Shown here: piece after piece, positions 24,396 to 37,800 of the stretch
Position numbering within the stretch: the stretch's first letter is position 1
Layout of the letters: each line of letters opens with the position of its first letter
DNA from: Mytilus trossulus
Taxonomy: Eukaryota
NCBI RefSeq assembly: GCF_036588685.1
Contig: NC_086380.1
Location: 29,326,001-29,390,000 of the forward strand
DNA length: 64,000 bases
Direction of reading: 5' to 3'
Made by a program: the position numbers and the translations under genes
The notes under the pieces: generated by a model
The model's database searches: none
Told to the model about the DNA's origin: nothing
What the model saw: only the letters and a program-made list of their open reading frames with translations

Positions 24396-24525
24396 ATAGA
24401 AATAGGGAAAATAACTTTTTAATTGATATGTAAAAAACGGGTTTCTTGTAAAATTGTTTTAGAAATAGGGAAGATCACGTTTTAATTGATATGTAAAAAA
24501 CGGGTTTCTTGTAAAAAATTGTTTT
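24396..24525. repeat. Tandem duplication of about 63 bp
   Basis: tagaaatagggaa...ttttaattgatatgtaaaaaacgggtttcttgtaaaa occurs twice. Confidence 0.85.
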
Positions 24526-25494
24526 GAACCTTATTAAAGAAAGACAACATACAATTTTTTCGGTGCACTAAAAATGACTTCTGGTTTTACACAAGTTCAC
24601 TATTCTTTTATTTTTCGCATGTTTTCACTAACTTAAACACTCGAAGAAATACCTTTATTATAAGTGTGTTAAGAATTTTTAAAAGCAAAATTCTTTAAAA
24701 AAAATTAATGGTATTTACTACGCTATCACCGCCTGATTTGAGTCTTTCTTTGAATCTTTTCTTTGCTTTTCATCAATGTTTGCAGCACTATATATATAAA
24801 ATCAGAAACTAAGAGATAATTAGGTTGATATATTTAAGAAATGTCAAATACTTTAACTACAGGTACATCAATACTATATAACGTATTTACCAATTAATTC
24901 TAATTTGTACACAAAAGTTTAAATAGACGGTCATTCATTTTGGTATCTTATCTGATATCGTATTCAACATATAAGTTGAAACGTATTCTTTTCAATAAAT
25001 AAGCACAGAGTACCATACAGTGCATATTGTATTTTTACCCATATATTTGATTTTAAAATATCACATGGTTCCGCGAGAACATTAAATCTTTTCATTACAA
25101 ATATGCCTTAAATGTGGATCTTTACCTAGAATTCTGAAAATGTGACTGAACTTGGTTATAGACATGTCAATATAATCATTTGTTGGATTGCTATGATAAC
25201 TTTGATAAAGTAAGTATTATTTTATGTTTTACTACGTTAATAATAGATTTTAATAGATGATATGAAATTAGCCCTAAAACGGATAAATTAGCCAGTTTTA
25301 CTGATGACGCCTTTCTGGTGATATAAGGTAGCGATACGCAGTTAAGAAAACAAAATACTTCCAAAACAAGTTTTCATACTTGAAAACTTCGTATGAAGCA
25401 AAATGCGAAATTAAACTCCTCACTATGTATTGATACTTAAGTCATGATTTGTTATTACATTTTGGTCTGTTCCTATACTGGAATGCCTGATTTA

Positions 25495-25830
25495 TTTGAT
25501 ACGTTACTCTAGGGCTATCTTAAAGTACATTGATTTTGTTGAACGAGGAATACTGCTTTCTTAAAAGTTGCTAAGACTATGAATCAATAAAATTAAGGTC
25601 ATCACTCAAGAAATTTTACGGTCGCCATCATGAGCTGATTGGCCATTATGACAAAAGTGTGTCGGAAATCATATCTTATATTCTTTCTCAGTCTTTTAAA
25701 ATAACTTTCCAAAATTACCGAACTGAACAAAGAAATAACAAGACGGATGCCGAACACGGTGCAGGAAATGCTTACACGTCTGGATCACCTGATTTCACTC
25801 CCGGTTTTTAATGGAGTTCGTGTTGTTTCT
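25495..25830 (+). mobile_element. Degenerate Penelope-like RT 3' fragment
   Basis: LIRYSRA..KYIDFVERGILLS..KLRSSLKKFYGRHHELIGHYDKSVSEII with stops and frameshifts, followed by a common tail (gcaggaaatgcttac...cacctgatttcactcccgg). Confidence 0.7.
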
Positions 25831-28800
25831 TATCTATTATTAATAACAGTTGATGTACATGTCTTTTGGTTTTTTGAGTCTTTGTTTACTCCTTGGATTT
25901 GATTGTTATTGTCTTATTGTCTTTAACTGTTGTTTGTGTGGTAGATAAGATACAGTGAAATTGCTTAGATAAGAAACCTAGAATGGAGTTATCACCAATA
26001 TTAACGAAACAATTCGCAATGACTGAGAAAGGCCAAGTTTAAATACAATTTCATATATGGACACTACACTTTACGGTTAGCTTTTAATATAGCATGAAGG
26101 GTTAGAATCATGTCTATTTGTGTAATTGTCCGGGTATAAATTTTCGATCAAATGTATATGACGTTAATTCGTCGAGCTTTGGGAAAGAGAACATGCCATT
26201 TATCCCATAAAGAATATGTTGTTTGAAGACCACACACAGAGAAAAAACAAAGGCTGCAATTATGGACTAATAAATTGTGAGTAATCCGTAAATATCAATC
26301 CCTCTTAAGTTATAATTTCGGAAATTAGTTCTTCTCACTTTTTAAACAAATTATGTTTATTTGTTGACATTTTTCCGTTAATAGATTTTTTTCAAAAATT
26401 TATAACACATTTTAATGTCGTCTATGGCTGTTTGCCTTACATGAAAAACAAAAAAAAATAAAATTTTATTTTGGTATTTTGAGTTAAGAACATAAAGATA
26501 TTTGTAGTAAAATATAGAATATGGAACAAACAATTGGAGGTTTACATGATATATTGGAAATAAACTTGAAAGAATATCTATAAAAAGAAGATGTAGTATG
26601 AGTGTTAATTTTGACAACTCTCTGTCAAAGTCGCTATTTGTAAAAGTAAACTATTTAAGGTCACAGTAATGTATTCATCACGACGCTTGGGCTAACACTG
26701 AACAGCAAGCTATAAAGGGGTACAAAACTACTAGACTAAGTGTGAAACTCTATAAACGGGAAAACTTATGGTCTAATCCTTATAAAACACGAGAAATGAG
26801 AAAGAGGTGCACACAAATGAAGCGGTTTTAACGTTTTGAAAGATACAAACATTCACCCTTGTCTGAAATAATACTGTAACATCACACAAAGAAAAGGACA
26901 CTAAAAGATAAAAAATTGAATTGGCTTAATTCAATCAGAATTTTATCATTATTTTTTACTTTCAATCACCTTGATTACATTAACCGTATTCATTCGACGG
27001 CAGCCAACAGAGGGCATATGGTTTTATTTTACATATCCAAGTTCCTATTACAAATGGGTTATTTAATATCTCCACTGCTTTTCTAATTAGTTTTGTACCC
27101 ACTTTGAATCTAATATATAATTCCTTTAAACAAATTTAAAAATACATATCAAGGTTATTTGTAATTTGTTGTTTGTTTCTTTTTATTCATTACCTTTTAA
27201 ATCTTATCCATAAAAGGACTTTGCCTGGTAAATGAATTTTAAATATTGATACGAAACACGATCAACACTTCAAAAAATCCGCATTGAAATTAATTTAAAA
27301 AAGAAATCTGTATGCATTTATAAATGAACACAATGCTCAGTTAGTGTCTTTGAAGACTATTGACATAACTATATATATAATATGTGATATAAATTTCTAT
27401 ATACTATCAACTATGTAATTAAAGTCACATGCAACAATTTAGTTGTACAATGTAATTATAACGTTATTGACATTGAATCAATGCATGCATAAATATCAAA
27501 CTAAGTCTTTAAATGTTTACAAATCTGCTACGAATTTTTGATATATCATATTTCATACAGTGATAGTTAATCGCGAGCTAAGGCCAAATAAAAAAGTGTG
27601 TGTTTACTGTCACATGCTGAAAAAAACCCAGGGTATCTAGGTTGGAATGTTTTCTTTTACATTGAGTCTATGGGATCAACATCGTGACTTTAACAGTACT
27701 AGTGCTTAATAAAAAATGACCACTGAACATAGAAAATGATTGTGCGGATGGGTCATGACTTGTTATTTATGCTATTTTTACACTGGTTTTTTGAGTGCCA
27801 CTGATTTGCTTTTTGTGCAGGATATGGAAATCAAATAAAATACAATATAAATTTGATGTGGTTAATATAATTTTACGACCATAAGAATACTCAACAAATA
27901 TATACCCATTGCTTTTTACGGCTAGATAGTTCTTATTAGTATTTTCATTGAGATTAAATAACACACATTTAGTTTCCAAGTCAATAAAGTTTCAAAAAGA
28001 CAATTTTAACCTGAACATCTTTTGATTTTCTGGACGGTACTTAATGTTTAACATCGGAAACGTTAAAAAGATGGATGAATATCTAGAAACTAAGATCTCA
28101 AACTTATAACATTAATTCAGTTTTGCTAATGAAAAGTAAAATCACAAAAATACTGAACTCAGAGGAAAATCAATACGGAAAGTCCATAATCACATGGCAA
28201 AATCAAATAACAAAACGCATCAAAAACGAATAGACAAGAACTGTCATATTCCTGACTTGGTACAGGCATTTTCAAATGTAGAAACTGGTGGATTAAACCT
28301 GGTTCTATATCACTAACCCTCTATCTTTAATAACAGTCTCATCAAATTCCGTTATATTTACATGATGCGTTAAATAATTAGTCACAATTAATAAAATAGT
28401 CAAAATATGGGTACATCAGTCATCATCGCATAACAATTTCAAAAGGGACAACGGTCCTTATAAAGATGCTTAAACCCATGTTTTCAATTTTCTCAAAGGC
28501 ACTGTGAATTCAACATGTAGACCATTATATAAATGGTTTTGTCGTTGTGTTCCTGGTCCACTTGATATGACTAATATGTAAGACGCTTGACATTGTAGCA
28601 TTCACCACATAAAGGTTTTTCCCTGTCCACAACTCTGAGTTTATTTTACTCCGATAAATTACGCTTCCAATTTCATATACTTGAATCTAGACTTATACTT
28701 TTATGATAATGAATTTCATTAAATGAATTGTAACAACCTGCGAATATATTACCCATAACAAATATCAACATTAGGAACCGATATCAATACATACACGATT

Positions 28801-28882
28801 CGAATATGTATGGCAGAAGTTTTTGCGTTTAAGATAACCTGGAATATTCTATGTAATGATTGATCAATTACGATTTATAGGT

Positions 28883-31800
28883 ATGACAGCGGTTTCTTCT
28901 ACAAAAGATTGTTTTAAGATGGAAACTCTAGGTGAAATTTCGAGAAAAGACGGATTTGATGACATAAGGCCAGCACAACCAATCACCGAAGAACAAGACT
29001 ACCATAATTATGACCTTATATCTGTATGTATATTATATTTTTCTTTATGCCGTTTGAGTTGATTCGATTCTCTTAGTCATGATAAAAAAAAAGATTTTCC
29101 ACTCTTTTTCATTATTATACTTTTTCTGTCCAATAGTCGACTTTTTGGGAATTTGCTGAGAGATTCTTATCGTACCAACACATCTATTGTTTCTTTATAC
29201 GGTTACCATGGTCCTAATTTTAACCAGGAAATCTATATGACAAATATGATAAATCAGGTCATGAATGAGATGTTGTAATAAAAAACACCAAACAACAGTA
29301 TCAGTAAAGAACCCTTGCTTAAGAATGTGTCTATTTGAAAGATAACTGTAAGTGCCGCCACAAAATTAAAAGGTCTACTTGCAAATTCTTATGACGTTTG
29401 AATTTCAGACTGTATGCGGCTTGCTAAAAATGATCTGGTAAACTACTTTAAAACAGTATAACACAAATACGGAACCCTCTGGCTTTAATAAATTCCAAGA
29501 GGAAAAATTAAAAAAAATTGACAGAATCAAAAGATAGAGTTTTCAACTTAACATTAATACTTCCAGGCAATCTGGATCTAACATATAGGCTTGTTTTAAT
29601 TTTAGACATTTAAATTTCAGACGTTCCACTGCAAATTAAGATAGATGTTTGTTTTTTCTTCATTATATCCTTTTATACATTTATAAAAATCTGTTTCAAA
29701 ACAACGTTAGTTTCTCTGGTGAATTTGAATCTAAAGGTATCTATTAGTTTGATATGTGCAGGTAAAACTTTGTTATTTTTGGTAGTGTTTGACTTTTTTA
29801 TATTTGTATATATTAAACGATTGGATGGACAATATTTTGATGAATTGTCATTTTCGGAAAATTTTGGAAACGCAGTCGAGGAGACATTAAATAGACATGG
29901 CGTGATGATTGTTTATTCATAACTATACATTTCCAAGCATTGGATTGTTCACAGATAATTTGAATAATTATTTATATTGAAATAAATCTTTTTTTATAGA
30001 CCGAAATTCAAGATGAACCACGAGTCCAGGGTTATTTATCTTATTTTTCTACTTTTGCTGGAGAAAAAATTACTGATCGCTATGCTGGAGGTTTGTGTCT
30101 TTGCAAGAAGTGTTTATATTCATATATACTAGTAGATATGTTATTCGGATGCTAAAATCATAATATTAATGAGAATGTTATCAAAACCTTCGCATTTACG
30201 CATATTTGAATGATAATAGTGACTACACTCAATATCTCTTAATAAGGGACATGCAATGTAAAAAGTAAAATAGCAAAAATACCGATTACAAGGAAAATTC
30301 AAATCTGAAGACCCTTGTCAAAAGGAAAATCAATGCTGAAGCACATCAACCGAATTAAAAACAAATATCTATACCTGAATGCGTCCAAGTATTTCCATGT
30401 GTCGGAAATGAGGGATTAAACCATCTTCCAATGCTAGTTAAACCTCTTAATTGTATGACAGTCAATAAAATTTCACAATAATAAAAGCAAAGCTTGAACT
30501 AACAGAAATAATATGTGAACATGTCAAAATAAGGAGTTCTTCAATTACCTATGTGTCATCAAACGTATCTTCAATACAGTTTTCAATGAATAAAGCAAAC
30601 CAAGCCGATACATGGAGTATTTCTAAATGAATTAAAAATTTGTCAGTATGCCAAATTTCAATTCATCAATACATCAAATGTAATGAAGAATTGAACATGG
30701 TTAAAGCTACTTCATGTAATGCATAAAATTAACTAACCAAGCCACCTACTGATACTCATGTTAGTAAAGGTGAAAAATCCATTCAAATTTGTATAAATGT
30801 TCATTGGAAGCAATATTATAGATTAAAGGTAGGTTTTTTGAGCTGATATAAAATCGTGAAAAAAATCCATTTACATGTTCTTAAACCTGGAATTTATATA
30901 TTTAAAGAAAAAATCAAAGAACGGTCAAGAGTAGTCAAAACATCATGGACACCCAAGGAAGATATGCAGTTAGGCACAATAGTCAAGGTGAAGAAATCAG
31001 GAAAAGAAGTACATGTGCAATGGGACAAGCTTGAAGAGAAAGTTAACCAGTTAGATCTCCGCTTACTTGACAATGCGCCAACAGGTACGATCAAATTGCA
31101 TTTTTTTAAACTTTAATTTTTATTTTGAAAAGGTCACTCGTTCTAATCACCGTCTCAAGGTCTTTAATCCTTAATTTTTGTTATTTATCATTTCGAGTTA
31201 ACGAATTGTTTAATTGGATAGAATTACGGATCAAAATTCGCCTAAAAAAAATAAAATGTGGCATATTAGGCCATTGCACTAAATTAAAAAAACACGCAAA
31301 AAATATCAAATTAAATGAGAATTTGATCAATAGATTCACACTAAATCACAACCCCAGTTATCATGACCATTTAAGTGTTGACCTCTGAGTTCATAATTAC
31401 CGAAAAGATTTCAGTAAGTAAACGTCAATTTTGAAAGTCATTTAACGACTGGCATATTGCAAAGTGTAAAACCGAAGGAAACCACCAAGTGCATGGATGA
31501 CAGATTTAACCTTGCATTTCTCACCTGTAGGCAATCGTCGAATTTCTGCTGTGGTAGATATCATTATTTTAGGTGCGATTCTGCTTCCAATCGACGTTTA
31601 TTTTGTAGAGAATAATTAACGGTTTCGCGATGATGGTAGGCAATACAGCCCTTGACCACTGTCATCGACGAAAACAGGTCTTGCAGTTATGTGGTGATTG
31701 TCAACATTTGGAAAAACAATCGGTTGACAAACTTCCCTGATGTATCCATCACCTTCAATATTTTTCTCGTTTGGTCTCAAAGACTCAATCGGACATTTGT

Positions 31801-34800
31801 TACATACGACAGAAACCGGCTTTCGTCCGACAAATGAGTCTTTTAAGTTCAAACCATCTTATAGAAAACACAATACCTAACGCAATCATAGATGTCGATA
31901 AGATAACATGAGACGTCTTATTAATGTTGACTTCTTGATTGTTTTTGGTTGTAATGTACCTATTTTAAGCTTAAGGTAACCATTATCCTTTTGGAACAGA
32001 AATATTTGCAAATGGCATTCTAAGCAGGTAATGCTTCGAATGGGTTCCACGATCCGTGGAAGTCTTTCACGAAGTTTGTTTAGATGTGTTTCCGGAAGCT
32101 GACTACAGAGTAATGTTACCACATGTGACGTCTATTATCTTTAAAGGAAACCCCAGTTGACTGCAAGTCTATAAATAGTCATATATGAGACTTCGATATT
32201 TGTCTTTGTATCATGTAAACATGAAATGAATAATTTGTCAAAACACCGAACCAAATGGAAGCAAGCGTAAGCATCTTGATATTTGGATATACCATGGAAG
32301 GCATGGTTCACGTGCATGCAATTTCTTTATTAGCAGTAACAGCAGTATTATCACATCTTTTTAACCGAATAATGGTCTTTTTTTTTCGTTTGAGTTGATA
32401 TTTGCGGTAACACAATGTAATTAAATATATAATTGGGTGCTTTTCTTTTGTTTGTTGATATTGGAGCTATAAAGATTCACGTATATTATTGCAATTCATT
32501 GCAACGCTTGAACATTTGTATTTTGCTACTTTAACAACCTTCAACAAGGTTTAAATAATCACTAAACTACTGTCAGCACTCTAAAATGCTTTAACTGTTT
32601 TATGTTTTTTGGCATATTCGTGAAATTGTATACAATGCTACAACTATGATGCTAAATTAGATAATGCCTGTATCTAGTCAGACATATGACTGTTGTTATC
32701 CAATTAGTGTGATGTGTTTGAGCTTTTGATTTTTGCCATTTACTTAGGAATTTTCCATTAAGAATTTTCCCCGAAGCTCAGTATTTGAATTTTTATTGTT
32801 GTCAGGCTTCTGAAAACTAAAAAACGTAAAAGTAAAAGAAAATATCACTTCACTTTTGTTTTAGATCCTAATTAGATACGATTTTTTTTACCTTCCTAAC
32901 GGCTTTAAGTATATTTAGCTGAGGAGTTTAGCATTATCTAAAATACTGATGTTTTTGTTTGCCTTTGACAAAAAGTTGGAATATTCAAGTTACATTTTAT
33001 ATCTTTACAAGTGTACTTTGACAAATAAATGTGAAGAAACACATATTTTTAATTGAATTTTATAAAAATTTCTGAATGATTGTATTTTCTATAGAGAAAA
33101 AAGAAAAAAGTTCAAGAGTAGTATTGATATCTCGAACAACCATAAACAACAGTACAGCAAGCGGCATTCATCCTGAAAGAAAAGTAAACCTTCGTTTATT
33201 GGACAATGCACCCATTGGTATGCACTTCTTATATTTTTTGTTCTGATTGTGAATTCTACGTATTTGCACTTAGCTGAGTCTATATTAATCATATGATTTA
33301 GGGTATTCATAAAAGTCAATGTTATGCATACGGCTCAATATGTATGAAACTTTGCTTTTAACATCAGTTGATAAAATATACTAAAAAAAAGAACAGGATG
33401 ATGATTATTTACAAATAAAGAAATAGGACGAATATAACAAAACATAGCCAATAATTGATGTCTGACTGTTTCGAGAGGATAAAAAATGTATTTGTAATAT
33501 TTTTCAGCAAATCTTCAGGCAAATATTTTTAAATTTTTTACAACGCTTACACAAGCACATATGATATTTCATGGTTGTTACAGCCTCAATCTGGATTGAA
33601 TAAAGATTAGTGACATTTTACACTCTCAAATGCTTTATATCTCTCAGTCTATGGCATATATGTTATACCACTGATGCAATGACCGACAGATTTTCAGAAA
33701 TTTACTGTTTTATATATAACGCATGTGAATTTCTTATATGAATTAAAATCTATCTTATCAATCCGATGCCAAAAAGTTACATGTCAATGTTATACTTTAA
33801 CCCAAATATTCTAGTGGATAAGTTTTGATATTTTGATATTTTGTATTCAAAGACAAAATAGAACATGGAGCAAGAGTAGTAAAAAAATCTTGGACACCTA
33901 AAGAAGAAATGCCTTTAGGCACAATAGTTATGGTGAAGAAAGCAAGAAAAGAAGTTCATGTCCAATGGGACCAGATTGAAGAAAAAGTTAACCTGCATGA
34001 TATACGTTTAGCGTCTGATCTTCATTGCACTAACAGGTATTGCTGTATTGTATTTTGAATAAAAATTATTAATAATGTGCACGTGGCTGTTGTATATATT
34101 TGTTTGAATAGAACGCATAAGCTTTGACATCGGGTTTTTGAAAAAGTGAATTGAAAACATCCTTTTCAAGATATATGTGGAAGTCTTATTTAAAGTCTGG
34201 TTATTTAAAATAAAAAATGAGTTTAATGATATATTAAGAATTAAGTAAGTAAAATTTTCTAACAAATAATACATGTACATATGATTCTATTTTTGTTCTG
34301 CTATAGATTTTTTAATAGCAACAGCATAGTTCTTGCCTGGACATTGTCAGTTTATTTTTTACTAATGATTTTCATATTTGAAAAACGGTATACTACTGTT
34401 ATCTTTATTCGAGTATCCCTTTTAAAACTTATGCCTTTTTTACGGAACCTGATTAGTTGAATTGCTTTTGAATTGAATTAGAAAATATATCGCACAGTCT
34501 TATTGTTATCATCAAATTTTTAATAAATATATTGTAGTATTCATTATTTAAACATAACTGGTTTGTATTTGACATACCATACAGAATATTAATTTCCTTT
34601 CTTTTAAACATAAAATGCATAATTACAAATGTTTACACGTTAACAGATTGCATACATATTTTTCACATTTTTTTGTAGTGAAAAAAAGGAAAGTTCAAGA
34701 GTAGTAAAATTATTGTCAACCGCCAACGAAGAAAATTGTCTAGGCACCATAGTCAAGGTCAACAAAACAAAACAAACCGCTCGTGTCCAATGGGATAAAA

Positions 34801-37800
34801 AACCAGACGAAAAAGTTAAGATGGTTAAACTACGTTTAGTCAGCAATTATCTTACAGGTATTAACTAAATAATGATATCTTTAAAACTGTTAATTGATTA
34901 CTCTATTTATCGCTATTTTGTGATAATTGTTTGTATTATACTACTCCCTTGTGATAGAAATTTATAGCTAGAAACTAAGGATACATGTGGCGTTGCTATG
35001 AAATTAGCAACGTCATCACAGGTAGAATAGCGATAAACAGATAATCATTGGTCACCTCAACTCGATTGCTTTTCTCGCTTTCGCCGTTACGGCTCAAAGC
35101 GAGAAATTCAATATCGTTGAGATGATCAACGATAATCTATAAATATTTTCATAAAAAAAAATTAATCGAGAGACGATTTCGAATTATTGAAAAGTTGAAA
35201 AAGTTGAAAAGAGATCTGCGTCTTATACTAGGTCATGAGATCTATTTCATTACTTGAGTGACAACTAATATTTCAACTTTACGCATACAACGTTTTAATT
35301 CTGTATATTTTAGCTTTTCTCTTGTAACTAATTCTGCTTTAATGAATACTATAATGAGAGTAATCAGTTACCATATAATGTATTGAAACTATTCAACTGG
35401 TACACCACACGAGTTCTATACTCAATAATGTCAAACTATAATTCCATTTTATATGACAAATTAATGTTTACATGCATAACATTTTGAAATACCTGAAACA
35501 TTTAAGCAGCTGTGTGTACTATTTTATGATTCTGTGCGATCTTGTTTTGTGTGTGTTAACAATATACCAGAAATATGCGGTTATTTTAATAATGTAAGCG
35601 AAAAGACCATGTTTCATGTTATTTGATACTGTTATAATATCAATTAAAACCAAACACTGTATATTCCATGCCACGAGCGATATAATAGACCTTCAATATG
35701 TTCAAGAAACAAAACGCTACATTTGAGTACCGAATTAAGCTTAACATCTTCGAATTATGGATTTTTATTTATAGAAAAAATAGAAAATGGTTCTAGAGTA
35801 GTTAAAAGATCACAGACAACAAGAGAAGAAATACCTTTTGGTACAATAGTCAACATAAATCAATTCAAAAATGAAGTTCAAGTTAAATGGGACAAGCCTG
35901 AAGAAAAAGTTGACCCGCTTGACCTTCGCTTATATGACAATGCGCCATCAGGTAGTTCATAGTTATAATTTGTAATTTTTATATGTGATTTATATTTTTC
36001 AAAGTTTGTAAACCTGAAACAATTGTATTCATTTTAAATAAGAAAACATGCAAAGCTTTCGTTGGTATCCGTTTTCGTTAGTCGCATTTATCTATTTGTG
36101 TTTTTTTCATCTTCTCTTTTCTAAAGTTTCAAGAAGGTTTTCAACTATGAGTTCAAAACGATACATTTGAACCAGTATCTTACTTTTAAGTTCACCTAGC
36201 TCTTTGGGCCAAGTGAGACTTTCTCATCACTTTGCGTCCGTCGTCCGTCGTCGTCGTTGTCGTCGTCTGTTAACTTTTACAAAAATCTTCTCCTCGATGG
36301 CAGTTAAGGAGTTATTGCCCTTTATAGTCATTTTTTACCAATTTTTCGTAAATTTTTGTAATCTTTTATAAAAATCTTCTTCTCTGAAACTACTGGACCA
36401 AATTTAATCAAACTTAGCTACAATCATCATTAGGGTATCTTGTTTAAAAAATGTGTGCGGTGACCCAGCCAACCAACCAAGATGGCAGCCATGGCTAAAA
36501 ATAGAACATGGCGGTAAAATGTAGATTTTATAACCAAAGCATTTAAAGCAAATCTTACAAGAAGTTAATTTGTTTATATAGTTAATATCTATCTGCCCTA
36601 ACATTTTCAGATGAATTGATCAACTGGTTGTTGGGTTGCTCCCCCCTCATTTGGTAATTTTGATAGAAATTTAGCCGTTAATGGTTATTATCTTGAACAC
36701 TATTATAGATAGAGATAAACTGTAAACGGCGATAATGTTTAGCAAATGAAGATCCACAAATGCGTCAACAAGACCAAAAAGGTCAGTTGATCCCTAAAGA
36801 AGTTATTGCCCTTTATAGTCAATTTTTACAGTTTTCATTTTTTTGGTAAATTTTGGTAAGTTTTTACAAAATGATTTCCTCTGTAACTAAAGGTCAAAGT
36901 TCATTACAGATAGAGAAAATTGTAAGTAGCAAGACTGATCAGTATAGTATGATCTTCAAACACATTACCATCACCAAAACACAATTTTGTCATCTATCCA
37001 TCTGTTTCCTTTGATTGATATGCACATAGACCAAGGTGAGCGATACAAGCTATTAAGAGCCTCTAGTTAGATATATCTTCCTATCTTTAAGGTAAAGTTA
37101 ACTTTATAAAGTATCAGGCACCGTTGAATTCAGATATATTTGTCTATTATGTTGTTTTTGTCACACACCTTTCTAACTGCTTTATTTCTTATAAATGATT
37201 GCCTTTAAACATTTTACATCAAGTATACCTGATGGTAGTAAATCGTGTAAAGCTTTATCCGCACGATGACCTATAGTTAAAAACTTCTATGTCATCTTGT
37301 GGATTGTTGTACCCACAACAAATATATACCACATCTTCTTATTTTTATGTTTAAAAATGTAATCATAATTGATAATTAAAGTAAAATAAAAATGAAAAAA
37401 GTGCTGTTTTTCCATACATATACTAGTAATGACAGTTAGTCAATTTTGATTGAGACCAGATCCATTATGTTGTGATTGCTGAAATTGAAAAACCTTGTCA
37501 ATGATTGAAAAAAAAATCGTGACCATTATCTTCCTTTTTATGTTATATCCAACGATGTTGGGCATGTCCCTTCATCCTGGTATCTATGATACTTTTATTT
37601 AGGAATTATTTTTGTTGAACGATTTAAAAAAAAGAAATTATGGACGTCATATGTTTCGGTTTGAGAGTTCTGGATGAAGAAATTATATGAAAATAACTTC
37701 GTACTCAGAACATATATCAAACCATGTTTTCATCTCCTCTGAACACTGATCAGTATCGAAAACTAAATCCCGAATTCTAGGTGAATGCAAACAATACATT

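Noticed and set aside
25100-26285. Upstream 5' exons of the channel gene (donor-like sites near 25210 and 26277)
   Set aside because: The acceptor at 28880 implies an upstream exon, but no candidate could be singled out from sequence alone.
30908-35951. Dscam-like mutually exclusive exon cluster
   Set aside because: Exons 3 and 4 are in frame only when joined to each other, which argues for co-inclusion.
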